A DNA stretch of 64,000 nt from Camelus dromedarius (taxonomy: Eukaryota), in assembly GCF_036321535.1 (NCBI RefSeq), contig NC_087437.1, positions 18,478,001 to 18,542,000 of the forward strand, in the 5' to 3' direction. Position 1 is the first letter of the stretch. Every line of letters begins with the position of its first letter. The notes below the pieces were generated by a model, which ran no database searches, was not told the origin of the DNA, and saw only the letters and a list, made by a program, of their open reading frames with translations. Both the position numbers and the translations under genes were made by a program. This document shows, piece after piece, positions 39,001 to 51,855 of the stretch.

Positions 39001-39250
39001 ACCTCCATTAGCAGCCCCTTGAATTAGAAATTCCACGTTGGATTTACTTAAAATGAAAGATACTTGAATCACTGAGCACCTGTGAGCCCTCAGCCTCTGT
39101 TCCACAGTGTCCGCCATTGTCTACACAGGTGGCTGTTGTCATGAAACGAGAGTGATGCCCGAAGATCCCAATGATGCTTGAGCCTTTTATGTAACTTTTA
39201 TTAAGTCTTTGTGTATCTCAACTCATTAATAAAAGAAGAGGAACACTTGT
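36075..39250 (+). other. MRAS: MRAS 3' UTR (~3.2 kb)
   Basis: Repeat-poor sequence from the stop codon to AATAAA at 39228; interspersed repeats resume after ~39480. End coordinate is estimated. Confidence 0.75.
39228..39233 (+). terminator. Distal polyadenylation signal AATAAA
   Basis: AATAAA preceded by U-rich/UGUA elements (ttttatgtaac, gtgtatc) and followed by GU/U-rich ttgtctgtctgatttcc. Confidence 0.8.
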
Positions 39251-40093
39251 CTGTCTGATTTCCTCTTACTCAAATGTTCCTAAAGTGTCACTGAGAACAC
39301 TGTACGTTGTCAGCGTTGTCAGTGTCTGGCCCAGAACACCACCCTCTTGCGGAGCAGACCTAAAGTAAGGAGGAGACGGCTGGTGGCTATGAGGGGTGTC
39401 CCCGTCCTGCACAGAGGCCAGAGGATGAAGGCAGGTGAGCGCAACGTTTAGAGACACAGCCTGCTGATGTTCAGCAGCCCCGGATTCGGGCTCTGCCTCG
39501 GACTTTTATATGTCTTTGAGCAAGTTACCTGCTTTAATCGTCAGTTGCCCCGCCTGTGAATGGGGCAATACTGTGCACCTCCTAGGCAGAGGGCTAAAGC
39601 TAAGTGTGGGAGCTCGTGGTAAGGATCCCAGAAATCATGCTCTTTGTAAAGGACACCTAGTGGGTTGTCTCATGTTGCTTTTCATGCAGTGTCCCCTGCC
39701 CCCATATGCAAGATTACAGTCTTTTGTACCATGTGATGTCATTTCCCTGTTGGTTGAAACTGGTGGGTACTTGACCAAAAAGCTGAGCCTCTTTGGGTCT
39801 TTTTTTCCAGGGAATAGAGACCAAGAGGTCAAATCTTACTCTTGTTACCTCTTTGAGTGGTGATGGCTGAAGCCCGTAATTGTAGGGGCTAGAGGGTGCT
39901 TCTCACACCCTCTGGGCTGGGAGCAGAGAAGGGGGACTGCAGGCTAGAGTGGGAGGAGTGGTGTGGTGGCCACTGCCTGTTCATTCATTCCACACATATT
40001 TATTGGGCCCACCATGTGCCAGGCATTGGGCTGGGTGCTGGGTATATGGCGGTGAGCAGGGCAAAGTGTCCTCTGATAGTTCTCCTTTAGTCC

Positions 40094-40401
40094 TGTATTA
40101 GTTTTCTGTGGCTGTTGTAACAAATGACCACAAACTTACCAGCTTATAACAGAAGTTTATCCTCTCACAGTTCTAGAGGCCAGAAATCCAGACTCAGTAT
40201 CACTGGGCTGAGGTCAAGGTGTCGGCAGGACTGGGCTCCTAACGGGATCTAGTGGAGAATTCGCTTCTTGCCTCTTCCAGCTTCTGGTGCTGCTGGCACT
40301 CCATGACTTGTGGCCACATCACTCCCATCTTCAAGGTCAGCATCTTCAAATCTCTCTCTTGTCCATCTTCACATTGCCTTCTTCTCACTGTGTCAAACCT
40401 C
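40094..40401 (-). mobile_element. MLT1 (MaLR) LTR fragment
   Basis: tgtattagttttctgtggctgttgtaacaaatgaccacaaac...ctcacagttctagaggccagaa. Confidence 0.85.
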
Positions 40402-40404
40402 GCT

Positions 40405-41770
40405 CACTCTCAGCTGATGCTTCCTCCTCCACTGAGAAAGTGGAAGCCAGCTGAACAGCATTTCCAGACTCCGCCATCTCCACCCCCCGCTCCCACCTGC
40501 ACTCTGCCTCCTTGGCTGCTACGGATGAACTGTCCATGCTCCTGGCTAAAGCCAGTCCCTTCTCTTGGGCACTAGAACCCACCCAGGCACTTCACCCCTT
40601 TCTTTCCTGCATCATCAGCTCTCTCTCAACTGGACCTTTCCCATCTCATAAACAAGAACAAAACCTTACTTTGAACCACCTCCTCTGCCAGGTGACACGT
40701 GCTTCTCTGCTGTCTTTTGCAGGAAGCCATCTTAAAAGATTAATCTAGCAGGGAGGCTGTAGCTCAGTGGTAGATGCGTGCTTAGCATGCACAAGGTCCT
40801 AGGTTCAATCCCCAGCACCTACATTAAAAAACAAACCCAATTACCTACCCCCCAAAAAAAGGTAAAAGAAATTTTTTAAGGAGTAATCTATATTCATCGT
40901 TATGAATTCCTCTCATTCCTTTTGAACTGCTCCAAATAGGCTTTCATCCATGGCTCTACCACTGCCCTTCTCCTCAATGTCACCAGTGGCTCCCATCTCA
41001 CTAATTTCAGGGTTGGTTCTCAACCTTCTCGTATCTGATATTTTCACAGCCTTGACACAGTTGATTACTGGCTCTTCCTTGTTGGTCTCTCCCCTTGACT
41101 GCTAGGATGTTGCCGTGTCTTGGTTGTTTCCTTCCTCGTGGCCACTCCCTAGTCTCCTTTGCTGATCCCTCCTCTTCCATCTAACCTGTTAAGTGGAGCA
41201 CTCCAGAGCTGTCCTTGGTCCTCTTCCACACCTCAACTACTCTCCTGGTGATCTCACCCAATCTGGAGAGTCAAATGCCTTTTAGGTGCTGGTGACTCCC
41301 AAAGGTCTATTTCCAGCCTAAAATTCTCTCTCCGAGACCCCACTCACTTACCCAGCTGCCTACTTGACACCTCCGTTTGGATGTCTCCAGCACGGTGTCT
41401 CAGAGTTAACCTGTCCAGGCTGAGTTCCTGATCTTCGCCCTCCCATATGCCTGCCTCCGCACAGCTTCCTCAGCTCAGGCCAAAAGTCCTGGAGTCAGCC
41501 TTAACTCCTCTCTTTCACACCTCACATCCAAGCTATCAGCAAGTCCTGCAGCCTCTACCTGCGTAATACATCCAAAATCCTCCCGTTTCCCATCGCCTAG
41601 TAGCAGTGGGCTAACGTTCCAGCCCGAGGCGCCATCATCCATGCCTGTTTCACCCGTGTCTTTCTGCACTTCATTCTCAGTACAGCAACCAGAGAAGTTT
41701 TGATAAAAACAGAAGCCAAATCATGTCTCCACTCTGTTCAAACCTCCCACATCAATGGCGCCCCATCTCA
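40405..41770 (+). mobile_element. L2 LINE fragment interrupted by a SINE
   Basis: C/T-rich L2 motifs (ttgacacagttgatt, cagctgcctacttgacacctcc...tggatgtct). Boundaries approximate. Confidence 0.75.
40749..40877 (+). mobile_element. tRNA-Ala-derived camelid SINE
   Basis: tagctcagtggtag...ggttcaatccccag; taatcta on both flanks (TSD core). Confidence 0.88.
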
Positions 41771-43317
41771 TTTATCAGATGTGTCAGAGGGGATCCACTG
41801 AACACCTAGTAACCAGCTAACATTCATTTCCCACAAGAGAAGGGAGGTCAAATATGTTCAATCACTAATTACCATCCCTTTCGGCCCTGCTGCATGTCAC
41901 ACTCAGGACTTCAGCTTTGTCTATTAGCCGACAGGAGTGAAAGCTTTCTGATCAGATTGTCTTCACTTTCAACTGCGATTGTGTATTTATTTTCCATGTG
42001 GACCTGTAAAATTTTTCTGTCATGTCTCAAAAGTAAAAGCTTTAAGATTTTGTGGTTGTTTCCTATATCTTGGAAAATGAAGACTGACAAAACACTTATT
42101 AGATATTGAAAAGATGGATTTTGTAGGGAAAAAAGTAAAGGCTTTAAGAAAGAAAAAAAAATACTCATTTGTGTAGCTCTAAGCCACACATCAGGACATC
42201 AGAGGACGTTAAAACCCAGCCACTATATCACAGAGGTTTGCAGCCTAATGGGAATGATAAACCATTTTGATCTGGGCATGGGGAGAAATCCCTCAACCTG
42301 GAGGAGCTGAAAAGGGAACTCTTGTAAAGTTTGTACCCTGTAGATGAGGACGCTGTTCACAGACAAGATGGAACTTTCATTCAGTATTAAGCTGAGTAAC
42401 TATCACTTTTGAAGATTAACGATTTCTCTTTCTAAAGCATGCCTGGGTTCCTAGGGAAACCAGGATCTTTAAAAAATAAACTCCACCTCCATCTCCACGG
42501 TTTTGAAGAAGGTAGTGGGTAAAATTCCCAAGTGTCACAGATGTCACCATCAGCATCACCCAGGAGACTGTTGGAAATGGAGACTCCTGGGCTCTGTCCC
42601 GACTTCTTAAATCAGAATCTGCACTTTAACAAGAGCCCCTGGTAATTCACATGTGCAGTAAAATCTGAGAGTCACAGCCCTGGAACATCAACTCAGGATT
42701 GAAATGAAATCCAGCCTGGACTCGCCTCACGACCCAGTTCAGCCACGTCCACCCAGAGGAAGCCTCATCTGCTTTCAGACCAGTTTGCTCTTCTGCCTGT
42801 AACAGCCACCAGGTTCCACCTGGTCAGGCAGTGAGCTCAGAAGTATCCCCACAGCCAGCAAGTGGTTTCCTTCGTTACGGAACCTTTTTTACACAAAGGC
42901 AAATTGGATCCCAGTTTGCTTCTCAAACACCCTAGCATTTTTCTTAAAATGTGGACATCTGTGTTCAATGTAAAGTGCTCTGAATCCCGGCTGAGACTGT
43001 GGAAAGGCTTTGACTCTTGAAGGGCTCTCTAAAGGTGGGTGTTCTGTGCCAGCGCGGGGTGCTCTTATCCCCGGGACTTCCACTTCGTGGAATTCCAGCA
43101 TCGTGCCAAATCGCTCATTATCATGTTAATGTGAAAATTTAAACATGAGAAAAGAAAGCTGAGTTCCTACTGGCCAAGACTGATGGATGGTTGCTTTCAG
43201 TAGAAGGAACATGTGGTGATGATGAAAGAAACCATTAATTCTGACTCAAACCCAGCTTCCAAGTCAGTCATGGGACCTGCGCCTGAGCCGATGAATGGAG
43301 GTGAATTAATTGGGTAA

Positions 43318-44138
43318 GTGGTTCGCAAAGTGTGGTCCCCAGACCAGCAGCTTCAGCTTCACCTGGGAACTGCTTAGAAATGCAAATTATCTGGCCCCAT
43401 CTCAGACCTACTTTATACAAGAAAAATGTGGGGCGAGGGGATGGCCGTGTTCCAGGTCAAGGACCTGCCAAGTGTGGGTCCTTGGCTTCACGCAGGAAAG
43501 AATTCAAGAGCGAGCCACAGCTGAGTAAAGGTAGATTTATTTAGAGATACATACTCCGTAGACAGATTGCAGGCTAATTCAGAAGGCAAGAGAAAGGCCA
43601 CAAGGTATAGGGGTTGGGTGTTCAGTTTAAAGTAATAATAGTTACGCGCTCCATAGACAGTACGGTCCAACTCATTCAGAAGGAGGGGAGTGCTTAGAGC
43701 ACGGGGGCAGCTAGGAAAAATGAGATCAGCCCTGAGGTGTGGGGGCTTAGTTTTTATGGGCTCAGTAATTTCATATGCTAACAGGTGGGGGGATTATTCC
43801 AACTCCTTTGGGGAAGGAGCTGGGATTCCCAGGAATTGGGCCATCATCGCCCACTTTTTGACCTTTTATGATCAGCCTTGAAACTGTCATGGCACCTATG
43901 GGAGTACCCTTTGGCGTGTTATTGTATTTCAGTGAGCACATATTGAAGCTCAAGGTCTACTGGGAGTTGACTTTCCCACCATCTTGGTGCTATCTGCTGT
44001 GTCATTCCTTTAATGGCTGAGCCCTGTCTCCTCCCCTCCTGTCATACTGAGTCAGAAATTCTGAGGCGAGGCCCTGCCATGTGGGCTTCACCAGCCCTCC
44101 AGGTGATTTGGATGCACCCAAAAGTTTGAGAACCACTG
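43318..44138. mobile_element. MER5A-like DNA transposon split by the LTR at 43413-44044
   Basis: Left half gtggttcgcaaagtgtggtcc...agacctact; right half tactgagtcagaaattctg...tttgagaaccactg. Confidence 0.85.
43413..44044 (-). mobile_element. MER41-like ERV1 solo LTR
   Basis: 4-bp TSD TACT (43409-43412, 44045-44048). ggattatt...ggggaagg...ttcccaggaa...aaactgtcatggc resembles the reverse complement of the MER41 core as I recall it. Confidence 0.75.
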
Positions 44139-45728
44139 AATTAATACCTGTAGATAAAAAATGAAAATTCCTACCACGTGAAGGTAAGTGGCAGCTTGGT
44201 TTTTGTTCTCATCTCCAAGACAGCAGCGGGCATTCTGGGTAGTTTCCCAGATCCCTCCCCTCTTCTTCCTGCATCTGATTAACAAGGGTCCTTTAAAGTC
44301 TGGAACCCAGGGACCCTAGCACAGGGGTTATTAACTTTGGCTCCGTGGGGTAACAGATGGGGTAGCTGACCCCCCTTGAAATCATGCGCAAAATTGTGTG
44401 TAGACACACGTGTATTCTCCTGGGGAGACGATCATATTGTCTGAGTCCTGCTGTACCAGCATGGGTTTCCCTGGGGAAAAATGAACCAGCCCCTTGAACC
44501 CCCTTTCCTGGCTGCAGGCCTTCGGGTAGTTTCACAGCCACTGAGAGTACGAAGAGGAAATGAAAGAATAGAAGGTCCATGTTCTCTTCTAAGCAGCTCT
44601 GACAAAATTCTTCACACATCCCCGAATCGCCCCCACAACATCCTGAGGGAGGGGGCGGCCCCTTCTCCGTGCCCCCGACATGACTAAGTGTGTGACCCAC
44701 ACGTGACTCACCCCTCCCCCCCCCACATGCTGGTCCAGAATTGGCACAGGGGACAGGAAATTCGGGATGCTGTGACAGCCCTGGGACTACTTTGCCACCC
44801 ACCCCTGAGTGGGAGCCGAGCTGGGAAACAGGGCAGAGGAGAGATGTAAGGCCTATAGCAAAGGCACCTGACGTCCGATGCCATCATCCCAAATTCATAA
44901 CCAGTGTTTTGCAAAGGGCCGTATATCAGTATTAGAATCACCTTGGGAGTTTTGGGGGGGAAAAAATCTTGCTGCCCAGGCCACACCCCTGGAGAATCTG
45001 GTGCAGTTGGTCTGGATCACAGCCCAGGTATGAAGACTTTTTAAAGCTCCCTCGATTCATCTGTAGTGCCAGGGCTGTGACCACCAGCTGGGCCCCATTT
45101 TATGCTAGTTCCTTGAATCCTATGGCTTCTCAGTGAAAACTGGTTAATAGAACAATCAGTTGTGTGGAGGAGCCCAGCTCTTAGTAAATGAACACTTGAC
45201 TACAAGAAGTCTTCTCTTTTCATTCAAGCAGGTCCTCTTGGAGCCTGGCTTGACTTGTTGACTTGTCTGGTCATAGTCTGCAATGACGTCATGTCCCCCA
45301 GGTCCTGGGGAGGGCCTGGTGCTACAACGTTAGCCTTTAATGTTCATTAAATGGATGAGTCATTCTTACACACATCAGCAGGGGCCTCGATGCTGTCAAA
45401 CGGAGTCAGATAGGCTCCCACTACCCTTCTTAGTCCCCGGTCCCCAGCCTACAGCAGCCCCAAGACAGCCGAGGACTCCGTTTCTGAGGGTCAGGTTCCC
45501 ACAGGGACTTCTGCTTCTGACTCTGTTCCACAGCCCCCTACTCTGAAGTTTAGCCTCTGCTTCATACCCCTTCCCACCGCCTCCCTCCCACCCACTCCTC
45601 CGCCGACAGCAGCCCCCATCTGTCAGCCAAACACCCACCGCAGGTCCTCTCACCTTCACCTGCTTTGCTTTCTCTTGCCGCAATCCCATAACCCCTTCCT
45701 AGGGTACAGGGTGTTTCCAGCTGTTAAT

Positions 45729-45838
45729 AGGGGACCAAGTTTCCAGTTTGCCTGTGACAGAGAAGCTTCCTGGGATGTGAGACTTTCAGGGCTAAACCCA
45801 GGACAGTCCCCGGCAAACCAGGATTGTTAGTCCCCCTG
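45729..45838. mobile_element. MER94-like hAT MITE
   Basis: Inverted ends aggggacca...ccagtttgcc and ggcaaaccagg...tagtcccct; internal gactttcagggctaaa. Confidence 0.65.
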
Positions 45839-45869
45839 CTGGTAAGAATAAACTTTTGCCTCTTGTTGT

Positions 45870-45980
45870 GGGAGGGAGGGTATAGCTTAAGTGGTAGAGC
45901 ACACGCCTAGCAAGCATGATGTCCTAGGTTCAGTCCGCAGGACCTCCTCTAAAAATAAACCCAATTACCTCCCCAACACA
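45870..45980 (+). mobile_element. tRNA-Ala-derived camelid SINE (diverged)
   Basis: gggagggtatagcttaagtggtagagc...cctaggttcagtcc...ccaattacctcccc. Confidence 0.85.
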
Positions 45981-48900
45981 GACAATTTTTTTCACCTTGT
46001 TCTATAACAATGCTAATGAGTATAAATTAGGTGGTAGTTCTCAAACATTAGTGACCATCATGATCACCTGGGGGGCTGGTTAAAACAGGATTTTCAGATT
46101 CAGCAGGTGGCCCGATGGGGCCTGAGCATTAGAGCTTCTCACAAGTTCCTGGAACATGATGTTAAGAACCCTGAACTAGCTAATCCACGGGCTCAGCGGA
46201 GGGCGTGGCCCAGGGTAAGTGCACCACACATGCTGTTACTGGGCGAACGTTTTGTTGAGCTTTCTGCCCGCCAGGCACTGTGCTATTTGTGCACATTATC
46301 TCGTCACCCCTCCTGGTTACCACTGCACCCTGCGAGCTCGCTGATATGGCGCTTCTCTTACAGGGAAACGAGGCCCGGGGACAGCCGGGGCTGACCGAGC
46401 CTGGCCTGACCCGCTGTGCTGTTCTGTCTGGCTCCCAAGCCTGTGCTCTGTTAACCGCCACCCCCGCCACATGGAGGACCAGCTGGTCCCACCAGCCACC
46501 CCACCCCTTTTTAATTTTAACTTGTTTGAGGCAAATCTTTCACTGCATCTCCCACGTGTCCGCCTTCCTCCAAGGGAGCTGAATGCAGATCCACTTCCCC
46601 CGGGTGACTCAGCAGAGGCAGTTTGAACCTCGATCACTGTCATTTTCCGGAGCTTCTGCACTGGGCTCCTCCCAGGGGCACTGCCTGTCCTGCCTGCTGC
46701 GTTTTGCCAGACTGTTTTGTTTTTTGTTTTTTGGTTTTTTTTGTTTTGTTTTGTTTTAGCAGGTCCAGGCCAGCCAGCCATCAGTTAGCTGAGTGGGTGA
46801 GACCTCGGGGGCCTCAAGTGCAGTCTGGGCCCTCCAGCCCACGGGAGCAGCCCGCTGCCAGGGGCCCCTTGGCCCTACTTGAGGGTGGCCTGGAGGAGTG
46901 CTTGACCCATCACACGACAACTGGTTTTCTAGTTAATAGAACAACTCTTGCCTCTCCTCCCCACCCCAGGAATGCAGACTTCTGCTTCTTCTTCGTGGTG
47001 GGCATTGCTGAAATTCCGCTGTTATGGGGACACAGAGCTGCGGGTGGCCGTGCCAAGAGCGTGGCCGCTGGTGCTCTTGGCCAATGACTTAGGACAGGTG
47101 CCCGAATGCTCTATGTCTTGATTCCCTCATTTGTCAAATTGTGAGGTTTGAATTAGATGTACACTCTCAGAATAATGGCTGGCACATACAATCTCTTATT
47201 TCAGTGTTAGCCAAGATCCCAAGGTCAAATCAGTAAATGCTTTTGGAGTGCTTACGAGTAACCCAGCCACCATTTATTGAATACCTAGCAAGTGCCAATC
47301 ATTGTGCTTTGCCTGGGTCACCTCACTTAAGGCTTGGAGGAGCTGGGTGACAACCCCAGGGAGTGAGGTGTTAGAATCCAGGCCAACCTGTCCCTTGGGG
47401 TCCCCCTGCCTTCCTTGTAGGGCAGGCCCGGGGCTGGGCATCAGTCATCCTTCTTGGATGGCCGGCCTGGAGGGCTCTGCCCTGCACCCCCATCCTCTGG
47501 CACCAGCTCCTGACCCCCCACCTCCCCCATGTCTGCCTCACTCCCCTGCCCCAATGCTCTTCACCTGGAATGCAACTTCCGGACTCCACTCTCTCTGCCC
47601 GTTGCTCTCTCCTCTCCTGGTCCCAGGGCTACTCTGAGCTCTGCTCTTACCCAGCTCCCTTTGTCAAGCAAAACATATTCAGTCTTTACACGAAGCAGTT
47701 TGGCATCCAGCATCAAGAGGCTAAAAATATTCTACTAAAAATTCTGCTCCTAGGACCCTTTCCTAAAGAAATCATCAAAATTGCAAAGAATGATGAACAA
47801 AGATGATCTTTGATAAGTCAAGGCATTCATAAGACAAAAAATTGGAAATGATCTAAGTAAGTAATAATTGAGGATGACTAAATAAATAATGCTGTACCCA
47901 TAGAATGGAAATTACCCAGCTATTAAAGAGAAACGTGCATGAACCAGCGTAAGAAATGCACATTTCCTATACTTCCACCATCCCTGGATGCTATCATCTC
48001 TTTTGAAAATCTTTGCTTAATGGAATGGAAATCTGATTCTATTTTATTTTCATTTATTTGACCGCCAGTAAGATTGGACGTTCTAAGGTTTGTCAATTTT
48101 TATTCCTTACAGATTACTTATTTCTGCTCTCTTCTATTTCCTATTGGAAATTTCATTTTTCTTATTTATTAATTTTTATGTATTATTGACCAATTCTATG
48201 TCATGTTTATTGCAAAAAATTTCCCTAGCATCCAATTAATCTTTTAATTTTATTTGTGATTTGTTTTTACACTACAGACACTTTAAATTTTAAATGTTTA
48301 AAGCTATCCTTTTCTTTATAATTTTTGTCTTTGGTGTAAGGTTAACAGGGTCCTTTTCTCATCCATATATTTTCTCTAATTCCTTTATATTTATACCTTT
48401 TCCCCTGATGACTTCCTATCCATTAATAATAAAATGGAATCCTTTATACCTCATACCATTATAGTGAAGATTAAATGAGCTAATTCATGGAAAGCTCTAG
48501 AAACAGTAAGTGGCACATAGTAGGTTCTGTGTCACCATTAGCTATTACTAATTTAAGCTAATTCATTGGAAATGTATTCTGGAGTTAGGTGTGAAATAGG
48601 TTTTAGTTTTGTGTTAAGGCAGTTGTCCCAACAAAGAGCCTGTGTTGGGAAGGCAATCTTTTTGTTGAGCGCAGAGTTCCAGGGGGAATTCTTTTTACAG
48701 AGGGGGCTGCTCCAAAGCTTCTTGTGCATCATCTCACCCAATACTTCTCCTCTGTGCCAAGTTCAAGGCTTCTGTCACAACAGGTTTCCTAAGGATGGGG
48801 GCAGAGCCAAGATGCACTCAGCCTGACTGCCGTCTCCTTTCCCAGCCCAGGTTCAATGCCTCAGTCTTTCCACAAACCTCCCTTCCCTGGGGCCTCTGAG

Positions 48901-49236
48901 GCCAATGAGATCCATGTGTTCTCTAACCACACCCCTCCCACAGCCCACTGAGTCTGCTGGCCAAGGTCACCCGCTGCCCCCAACCCAGCCATCATGCCCG
49001 GGCGGGAGCCAAGGGAAGGACAGGCCCTTTGTCCTGCACGGGGGGTAGTGAGGGGGTGAGGGATGCTCTGTCCCTGGGGGTGGCCCAGCCAGGCCCTCTG
49101 GCCACTGCCAGCTCCTGGGTCCAATAAGAGCCAGAGTTCCTCCAGCTGAAGCTCAGTGTTCATCCCTCTCTCTTGTCATTCACTCTGCAAGGAAGTTCTA
49201 CAGAAGTGACACCCATGTTCTCTGGGGGTCTGGAAC

Positions 49237-49834
49237 TGTTGCCAAAAGATCGGCCCCCATCCTTGACAAGCCGACTTGAAACTCAGAGACAGGGTCTTAG
49301 AGCTTAGAAGAAAAGAGACAGCTTTATTGCTTTGCCGGGCAAAGGGGGCTCACAGCAGGCTAGTGCCTTCAAAACCATGACCCCACCTTGGGGATGGGGT
49401 GGGGTGATTATACAGCCACAGCTCAAACAATAAAGCATCGATAACAATCAACAGAACCATTTTCTTCTCATAAGACTCACAGTGGCATCATGGTGTCTCC
49501 AGGCGACCAAGTCTGTAGAGGCTAGTGGTTGTCGCTCTTTCGATCTCTATCTTTTAAGCACCCAAGGCATTGGTCTTCTTGGTAATTCAGGCTGTTTTGT
49601 AAGGTTACAGTCCCGTGACCTTCTCTCTGGAGAATGACTCAGAAATCGAGTATGATTATTGCTTTCGATTATTGGAATAAAGCAGAGACAGTAAAATTAA
49701 TAGCTTCATTTTAACAATGGGCCTGGAGCTGTGAACAGCAACCGGTCAGTCAGGCTCGTCGGCCAGTTTAAGAGCAAACATAAGATTAAGCAACCTATTA
49801 GCTTATGTGCGGCCATTTTATTAATTCTCCTTCA
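49237..49834 (-). mobile_element. ERV1-class solo LTR
   Basis: TG...CA termini; near-TSD GAAC/GGAC; minus-strand AATAAA at 49323-49328. Confidence 0.75.
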
Positions 49835-50825
49835 GGACCAAAGGCTGGGGATTTACTGCCAAAGATGCCTCTTCCTGTCAGGCCAGGGGCTGCAGTGCCC
49901 CTCATTGAGGGCCTGCTCTGTGCTGGGCAGCGGGGTGCTACGCAGAGTGGGGCACCACCCACAAGGCACGTGTGTGAACAGCGCCCCCTGGGCTGCACCC
50001 CTCACTGCACCCCCTACCGCGACCCAGGAGGAGGATGTTAAACTCCTCTCCGCTGAGGAACCTGAGCTTCAGAGACAAATAACTCTCTCCAGGCCTCACA
50101 GGCCTGAGTGGCAAAGCCAGGACCCTGCGTGTGTCCTCTTTGCCAACCCCAGACTGGGATCCGAGGACACTTCCTCACTAACGATGTGGCCTCGGGAAGT
50201 TATTCGTACTCTGCGGGCCTGGGTTCCCTCGTTTGGAAAATGGGCTCACAGGAGTACTTAATCTACTGTTGTGAGGATTAAATGAGTTGATGCATTCAAA
50301 GAGCTTAGAACGCCCTGTGTCTGGCATATGCAGAGAATGTTCTCAGTGCTTCAGAGCTGCTGTTCTTAGCACGACCAGCACTGTTTTGTAGCAGTAGCAG
50401 CACTACTACCCAGTGGGTACGGGCTATCCCAGTTTAAGGTTCCCCTGGCCAGCTCGTAGAACACAGGGAAGCTGGACCAGTGTCCCTTTTGTCCACCAGG
50501 TGGCACCATCGCAGAGCGGATGGGTCCCTTTCCAGCCTCCTCCCAGGGTTTGTAGAGAAGACCTCTGGCTCCCTAGGAGTCCCGGGATGTCAAAGGTCAG
50601 ACCCCTGTGCCGCCTGCCCCTGCTCTCACCCCTGCCCTCTGGGACTTCCTGCCTTCCAGAAGGGCTGCTTGTACCCCAGGTAATGTACACCCTGGGGACC
50701 CAGGCACTGGACCGCAGCAAGTACACATCCATATGCAACCAACATTTCACAAAATGTGGTGTGAAGACCTCTGGCCTCAGTCACAGACGGGGCTTATAAA
50801 CGGGAGCTTCCAAAGCTCCACCTGG

Positions 50826-51010
50826 GCCAGTGGCCCTCAAGGTCTGGTCCTAGGACAATACACATCACATTGGGAACTTGTAAAAAAGACAAATTCTTCC
50901 CCCCTCCCCAGACCTCCTGAATCGGAGACTCTGGGCTGGGGGATCAGCAACCCATGTTTAACAAGTCCTCCAGGTGGTTCTGCTGCGTGGGGACGTTTGA
51001 GACGACTGGC
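50826..51010. mobile_element. MER5A-like DNA transposon
   Basis: cccagacctcctgaatcggagactctggg...tttaacaagtcctccaggtg. Similar MER5-like copies near 42520-42680, 44900-45085 and 46030-46170. Confidence 0.75.
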
Positions 51011-51855
51011 CTGCACTCTCCCCTCTTCTGTGGCTGCAGGAACCCCCTCCGCAGATGTCGCCAATCTCTCTCCAGAGCTCAGGTGGGTGGGTCTAATTCA
51101 TAATTTCCCAGGGGCTGAAGTATTTGGTCAACGGTGTGGCTGGTGGTTTGTGTGCCACACCCTCTGCCAGCGTTCTTATAGGTACCTTCCCATATGATGG
51201 TGCTCAGAGCTATCGTGGTCTTAGTTTTTATCTTGATGAAAATGTGTAATGTTTTCATGATGGTTGCTTAGCAAATATAACCCTGACTTCTGACAGCCAA
51301 CTTCACAGATGATCAGATTTCATGATCTCTCTCTGTTCCAGCAGCTATGCTGTTTTTCTCCTCTGAGGCCAGGGGAGGCTGCAGGGAGAGGTGGAGGTGA
51401 CCTGTGACAGCGTGAAGGGGAGGAGGCGCATGCCCTGCTCTCACCCAACCGGCCCCCCGTGATGTTGGGGGCCCCCACCCTTGGGATGCCAGGCCTGGGA
51501 GGGGAGCGGACTGCTGCCAGGAGGAGTGGGTCTGTACCTCTCACTCCCTCATTCTAGGAAGCTCACGATCCCTAATAGCCAAATAGAAAATGTGAGCTGT
51601 CCACACCTTTCCCTCCTGGTCACCTCTAAGAGAATTTCCTAGAACTCAGCATTGTCACCCAAATTCCTGACACGTGGTGAGAAACACAGACTTATTTCCT
51701 GTGAAAATTGACTTGGTGGCATCAGGGAGACAAGGCTCTCCTAAGGATGCTGGAAGCTAAAAAGAAAAATTTTTTTTTTTACATTTTAATTACAAATAAA
51801 TGTGTATGTTTCTCGAAAACCCTCAACCCAGTTCTCATGATTCTCTAAGCAGAAG

